From: an uncultured bacterium
Lineage (GTDB): Bacteria > Abyssobacteria > SURF-5
Assembly (NCBI GenBank): GCA_964510165.1
Contig: CAZEBC010000140.1
Location: 1-10,669 of the forward strand
Direction: 5' to 3'
Length of the DNA stretch: 10,669 nucleotides
This document shows positions 6,888 through 10,669 of this stretch, piece after piece (the first letter of the stretch is position 1; the number at the start of each line of letters is the position of its first letter). The notes below the pieces were generated by a model. It had not been told where the DNA came from. It saw nothing but the letters and a program-made list of their open reading frames with translations, and made no database searches. The position numbers and the translations under genes were made by a program.

Positions 6888-7817
6888 ATGGAAAAGCCGA
6901 AGATGTTCGTTGCGAAATACTTCGAGGAAATAACGGTATGCGTGGTGCTGGTGAGCGTTATCTGCATCACCTACACAGTTGACGAGAAGATGATGATGCT
7001 CAACTTCTACTACCTGCCGGTATTGATGGCGGGATATTTCATCGGCAAACGAGCATCGGTGCTTGTGGCCATTTTCAGTGTTCTGGCAGTCATGTTCTTC
7101 GCGGTCGTGAAGGCCGACGCGTACGCCGCGGGCAGAGGTCCCGGCTATCTGATAAGCAGCCTGTGCGGGTGGGCCGGTTTTCTGTTGCTGACGAGCGGAG
7201 TCGTCGGCACGCTGTATGAACAAAAGCAGAAGCGGATCGAAGAACTCCAGCAGGCGTATGTCGGCATACTCGAAATACTGGTAAAGTATCTGGAATCAAC
7301 CGACCGCTACACCAAGGGCCATTCACAGCGAGTTGCCGATCTTGCAGCGGATATCGCCATGGAGATGGAGTTGCCGCAGTCGGAGGTTGAGAACATACGC
7401 GTCGCCGCATTGCTGCACGACATCGGCAAGGTGGAAATCAGCGCCAACCTTATCGGCAAGGCCGCCAGCCTGACTCAGGACGAAATGATTCAAGTGGCCC
7501 AGCATACCGAGAAGGGCGCCAGGATTCTGCATTCGGTCGGGAGCGTCCTCAAGGAGGCAATCCCCATCGTGCTTGAGCATCACAAGTATTTCGCTGGCGC
7601 GAACGGTAACGGCAAGAACAACGGGGCCTCGCTCGGCACCAGCATCGTGGCGGTCGCCGACTCCTTCGACGCGATGACCTCGGATCGGCCTTACCGCAAG
7701 GGAATGCAGCCGTGGCAAGCGATGGAGGAACTCAGGCGGTGCAGCGGCGAGCAGTTCGACCCCAAAGTGGTTGATGTCTTCGAATCGGTGCTCAGTCACA
7801 GGCTGGAGACGGTGTAG
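6888..7817 (+). CDS. Membrane-anchored HD-GYP-like metal-dependent phosphohydrolase lacking the GYP motif, 309 aa
   Basis: About four hydrophobic segments in residues 15-108, then a helical linker. These are followed by YTKGHSQRVA, ALLHDIGK, QHTEKG, LEHH and VADSFDAMTSDRPYRKG…FDPKVV. A GAGGGAG RBS is present. Confidence 0.88.
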   Translation: MEKPKMFVAKYFEEITVCVVLVSVICITYTVDEKMMMLNFYYLPVLMAGYFIGKRASVLVAIFSVLAVMFFAVVKADAYAAGRGPGYLISSLCGWAGFLLLTSGVVGTLYEQKQKRIEELQQAYVGILEILVKYLESTDRYTKGHSQRVADLAADIAMEMELPQSEVENIRVAALLHDIGKVEISANLIGKAASLTQDEMIQVAQHTEKGARILHSVGSVLKEAIPIVLEHHKYFAGANGNGKNNGASLGTSIVAVADSFDAMTSDRPYRKGMQPWQAMEELRRCSGEQFDPKVVDVFESVLSHRLETV

Positions 7818-7960
7818 CAAGTCGGCCTCATCGCTCCTCAATCTCTCACGAGGGAACGCTTTTCTTCATGTCCGCATCGGTTGTCGCCTTCGCACATAGG
7901 TAGTACCTCCCATTTTTCGATATGACTCATCTCCTGCCATGCTCCTCTATTGCCCGCAAG

Positions 7961-7997
7961 ATTTCATTTTGACATATTATTGTGAATAGTTTAGGGC
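7961..7997 (+). promoter_or_regulatory. AT-rich putative promoter region for the copper-protein pair
   Basis: A perfect TTGACA (7969-7974) sits in an AT-rich island upstream of the RBS GGAGG (8031-8035). The -10 at 17-nt spacing (TAGGGC) is poor. Confidence 0.3.
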
Positions 7998-8043
7998 GGG
8001 AAACTTTCAAAACCGCTGTCTATTCCAAAGGGAGGGTTTGACC

Positions 8044-9255
8044 ATGAGGAGACGCACATTTATCAAAGTGGGCATGACCGGCCTCGCCTGGATCACGGCG
8101 GGGTCGGTCATTCGTTGCGGGGGGCCGCGTTCGTTTCACCGGCGCCACCTGCCCGAGGGCGAACTCAGGGCATGGCCGCACAAAATGGATGACCCGCCAG
8201 CCGGCGCCCTCCTCGGGTTCGACATGTCCATGGAGGAGGTCGAATTCGAAATGGTGGACAGGATTCCGGTTTACCACTGGGCCTTCAACGATTCCGTGAA
8301 CGGTCTGCGAATACCGGGTTCTGTAATTGTAGCTTTGGAGGGTGACAGGATCGAGATCAACGTGACCAACAATCTTCCCGGCGGCGTCCATTCGTTCGCG
8401 ATCCCTGGCGTGGTGCAGAGCCCGATCATCGCGAAGGGTCAGACTGTGAGGGTGGCATTCGCCGCGCCTCGTGCCGGCACCTACATATACCTGGACCCCG
8501 AGAACGCGCCGATGAACCGGGTGATGGGACTCAACGGAGTCCTGGTGGTTCTGCCGGACCCGCAAAGGAGCAACACGCCGTACAGCGACAACACGCCGGC
8601 TGTCCAACAACTGTTTGATATGTTGGGCACAACCGAGATTTTCCCTGGCGACCCGTGGGCGCTCGAAAAGCGTGAGTGGCTATGGGTGTTCCATGGTCTG
8701 GATTCCAGCAAGAATGAACTGGTCAGGCGGAATCCGGAGTTGACGGCGGAGGAGTTCTTGGACGGCGCCCTGACCGATTATCACTTGATCAGCGGCAAGA
8801 GCGGGTTTTTCGCCGCTCATGATCCCAATATCTTCCCGCATGGCAACATCGGGCAGCCCGCGTTGATCCGGTCGGTGGGCACGGGACTGGTTACGCAATC
8901 GCCGCATATCCACGGGAATCACGTGTATCAGGTTGCGGTGGACGGCGTGGTGCAGGACAATCCTTTCTCCCTTGATACCTGGACAGTCAGGCCGATGAGC
9001 CGGGTGGACGTGCTGCTGCCGTTCGAGACGCCGCCCGACGCGCATCCGTGGCCGCCGAGCAACATACGTGAGTTCCCGATGCCGTTCACGATGCATTGCC
9101 ACATTGAGATGTCGCAGACTGCCGCGGGCGGCAACTATCCGCAAGGATCCGTTACCGACTGGGAAATCACAAGCCCGCAGGTGGGTGGTCCCGAGGCGCC
9201 CGAAGAGGAGTTCCCATTCTTCCGTGGCATGGACCCGGACCTGTTCAGGGCATAG
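8044..9255 (+). CDS. Two-domain multicopper-oxidase-like protein A, Tat signal, copper histidines only in domain 2, ~403 aa
   Basis: MRRRTFIK followed by a hydrophobic stretch (twin-arginine signal). Domain 1 is cupredoxin-like (IPGSVIVALEGDRIEINVTNNL…AGTYIYLDP…MGLNGVLVV). Domain 2 has SPHIHGNH (8905-8922) and MHCH (9091-9102). GGAGG lies 8 nt before ATG 8044. Confidence 0.85.
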   Translation: MRRRTFIKVGMTGLAWITAGSVIRCGGPRSFHRRHLPEGELRAWPHKMDDPPAGALLGFDMSMEEVEFEMVDRIPVYHWAFNDSVNGLRIPGSVIVALEGDRIEINVTNNLPGGVHSFAIPGVVQSPIIAKGQTVRVAFAAPRAGTYIYLDPENAPMNRVMGLNGVLVVLPDPQRSNTPYSDNTPAVQQLFDMLGTTEIFPGDPWALEKREWLWVFHGLDSSKNELVRRNPELTAEEFLDGALTDYHLISGKSGFFAAHDPNIFPHGNIGQPALIRSVGTGLVTQSPHIHGNHVYQVAVDGVVQDNPFSLDTWTVRPMSRVDVLLPFETPPDAHPWPPSNIREFPMPFTMHCHIEMSQTAAGGNYPQGSVTDWEITSPQVGGPEAPEEEFPFFRGMDPDLFRA

Positions 9256-9311
9256 GGGGCGATGCCAAGTAGGGGCGCACGGCGTGCGCTCTTTTGGAAA
9301 GGAGCAACACC

Positions 9312-10520
9312 ATGGGCGCAAGACAGAATCAATCCCCGGGAGCGGGGCTGCCCCGCATACCGCGTGATCTGGGCAGGCCCTTCGATCCGGAGCACATAAT
9401 GTTCGAGGGGGTCCGCGGCCCTGTAACCGAGCAGACGATGTTTGACAGATTCGCGTGCGATATGCCGAACGAAAGCCCGGCGACACCGGACCGCGTCGAA
9501 CCGGACGAAGTGCACGAGCGGGAGTTCTTCGAGGAAAATCTTGCGTTGGGCGGCGAGGGCGGCCCTGTCGTACGAATCTTCGGATTCAAGATTCCTGGCC
9601 AGCCCGCCGCATTCCCGAACCCCACGCTCCGCTTTGTCGAGGGCAATGTCGTGCACTCCGTCGTTAAGGTTGCGAAGAACACGCATACCATTCATCACCA
9701 CGGCATTGAACCAACGAACTTCAACGACGGCGTAGGCCATACGGCCTTCGAGGTCAATTCCGAGTACACGTATCAGTTTCGGCCCGCGATCGCGGGTACG
9801 TACTTATACCACTGTCACAAGAACACCGTGTTGCACTTCGAGATGGGGATGTACGGTTTCATGATCGTGGACCCGCGCAAACCGGCGGGCACGCGGGGAC
9901 CCGAGGCGCCGTATCGAGATGGGGGCCCCGGCTTTGTGCGCAGGATGAACGACATCGTGCCTTACGACGTCGAGGCGTTGTGGGCGGTGGACGAGATAGA
10001 CACCCGGTTCCACACCCTCGATCATCAGGCCGGGCAGGCCTGCCCGTTCTTCAATGTTGATGAAAACGGGGAACCGACCGGCGCGACAAACCCGAGGATG
10101 AACGATTTCAGGCCGGACATCTTTGTGATCTCGGGGATTCCCATCAATAACTTCGATCCGAAGGCGACCGACCGCCAGCCCATCACTCACCCGAATGTCG
10201 CCGTGACGATGGGTGTGGGGCAGACACTGCTCATCCGTTTGCTCAACGCCGGCTACACTATACAAAGGTATACGCTCGGGCTGGACGCCGAGGTCATTGA
10301 CGTAGACGGCAGGCCGTTGGGGCACGCGCCGGAGAGTGCGATGACCCGCCCGTTTGTGATCCCGGCGAACACGCCGTTCGAGCTTTCAACCGCCCGGCGG
10401 TACACGATGCTGGTCAGGCCGACCCAACCGGGCGTGTTCCACTTCAAGGCGGAGCACACCGACTGGCACGAGTTCAAGGGAGTGATCGGGGTAACTGAGA
10501 CGATAATAGCGGTGAGGTGA
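9312..10520 (+). CDS. Two-domain multicopper-oxidase-like protein B, type-1 site and histidine pairs only in domain 1, no signal peptide, ~402 aa
   Basis: FPNPTLRFVEG, HTIHHHG (9684-9704), GTYLYHCHKNTVLHFEMGMYG (HCH at 9810-9818). Domain 2 (LLIRLLNAGY…VIDVDGRP…RRYTMLVRP…PGVFHF) has no HxH or HCH. AAAGGAG lies 7 nt before ATG 9312. Confidence 0.88.
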   Translation: MGARQNQSPGAGLPRIPRDLGRPFDPEHIMFEGVRGPVTEQTMFDRFACDMPNESPATPDRVEPDEVHEREFFEENLALGGEGGPVVRIFGFKIPGQPAAFPNPTLRFVEGNVVHSVVKVAKNTHTIHHHGIEPTNFNDGVGHTAFEVNSEYTYQFRPAIAGTYLYHCHKNTVLHFEMGMYGFMIVDPRKPAGTRGPEAPYRDGGPGFVRRMNDIVPYDVEALWAVDEIDTRFHTLDHQAGQACPFFNVDENGEPTGATNPRMNDFRPDIFVISGIPINNFDPKATDRQPITHPNVAVTMGVGQTLLIRLLNAGYTIQRYTLGLDAEVIDVDGRPLGHAPESAMTRPFVIPANTPFELSTARRYTMLVRPTQPGVFHFKAEHTDWHEFKGVIGVTETIIAVR

Positions 10521-10560
10521 CAGGGGCACACCAGCACCGGCTGAGCCGCCCCTTCGTCGG

Positions 10561-10578
10561 GAGCCCGTGTGCGGGCTC
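10561..10578 (+). terminator. GC-rich hairpin downstream of the copper-protein pair
   Basis: GAGCCCG-TGTG-CGGGCTC forms a perfect 7-bp stem 40 nt after the stop codon. There is no adjacent U-tract, so its function is uncertain. Confidence 0.35.
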
Positions 10579-10634
10579 GAGAGGTTCGAGAAGGCTAGTG
10601 TTTTGTGCCATGTCCGGCGTGTTGCCCAAATCCG

Positions 10635-10669
10635 TTTATTTTTTGCTTGACATCTCCGCAGGGATGTAT
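10635..10669 (+). promoter_or_regulatory. Possible sigma70 -35 element with T-rich upstream tract for a gene beyond the window
   Basis: TTTATTTTTTGC is followed by TTGACA (10647-10652). A -10 at 17-nt spacing would begin at 10670, just outside the window. Confidence 0.3.

Noticed and set aside
6662-6982. Short ORFs 6662..6970 (-) and 6695..6982 (+)
   Set aside because: They overlap the promoter region and the HD gene start, and have no recognisable features.
8095-8124. Lipoprotein lipobox at VIRC in protein A
   Set aside because: Arg at the -1 position does not fit the [LVI][ASTVI][GAS]C lipobox, so it is treated as a plain Tat signal with an uncertain cleavage site.
9312-10520. Protein B as a copper nitrite reductase (NirK) or a stand-alone laccase
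   Set aside because: Domain 1 has MCO-type HxHH and HCH motifs rather than NirK-type HNxDxH and YHCA. Domain 2 lacks the His motifs needed for a self-sufficient laccase.
8044-10520. A and B as one frameshifted or pseudogenised gene
   Set aside because: Each is a complete ~400-aa ORF with its own strong RBS, separated by a 56-nt spacer. The motif losses are reciprocal rather than random.

Overview
GC-rich bacterial window with two divergent gene blocks. The minus strand carries a probable five-gene unit: PduO-type cob(I)alamin adenosyltransferase, two short-chain dehydrogenases, a GH51 alpha-L-arabinofuranosidase and a GH31 YicI-like alpha-xylosidase. Two of its spacers contain BoxC/intrastrand-triplex-like repeats. 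This unit converges on the 3' end of a probable ornithine cyclodeaminase-family gene at the left edge. The plus strand carries a membrane-anchored HD-GYP-like phosphohydrolase that lacks the GYP loop and sits behind a near-consensus sigma54 promoter, followed by two tandem two-domain multicopper-oxidase-like genes. The most striking observation is that these two proteins have exactly complementary copper motifs. Protein A has a Tat signal and keeps only the domain-2 HxH/HCH histidines. Protein B has no signal peptide and keeps only the domain-1 HxH/HCH histidines plus a full type-1 site. This suggests an obligate hetero-oligomeric, co-exported multicopper oxidase (inference, untested). No rRNA, tRNA, CRISPR array or transposase was seen. 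All family calls come from motif recognition, not database searches.
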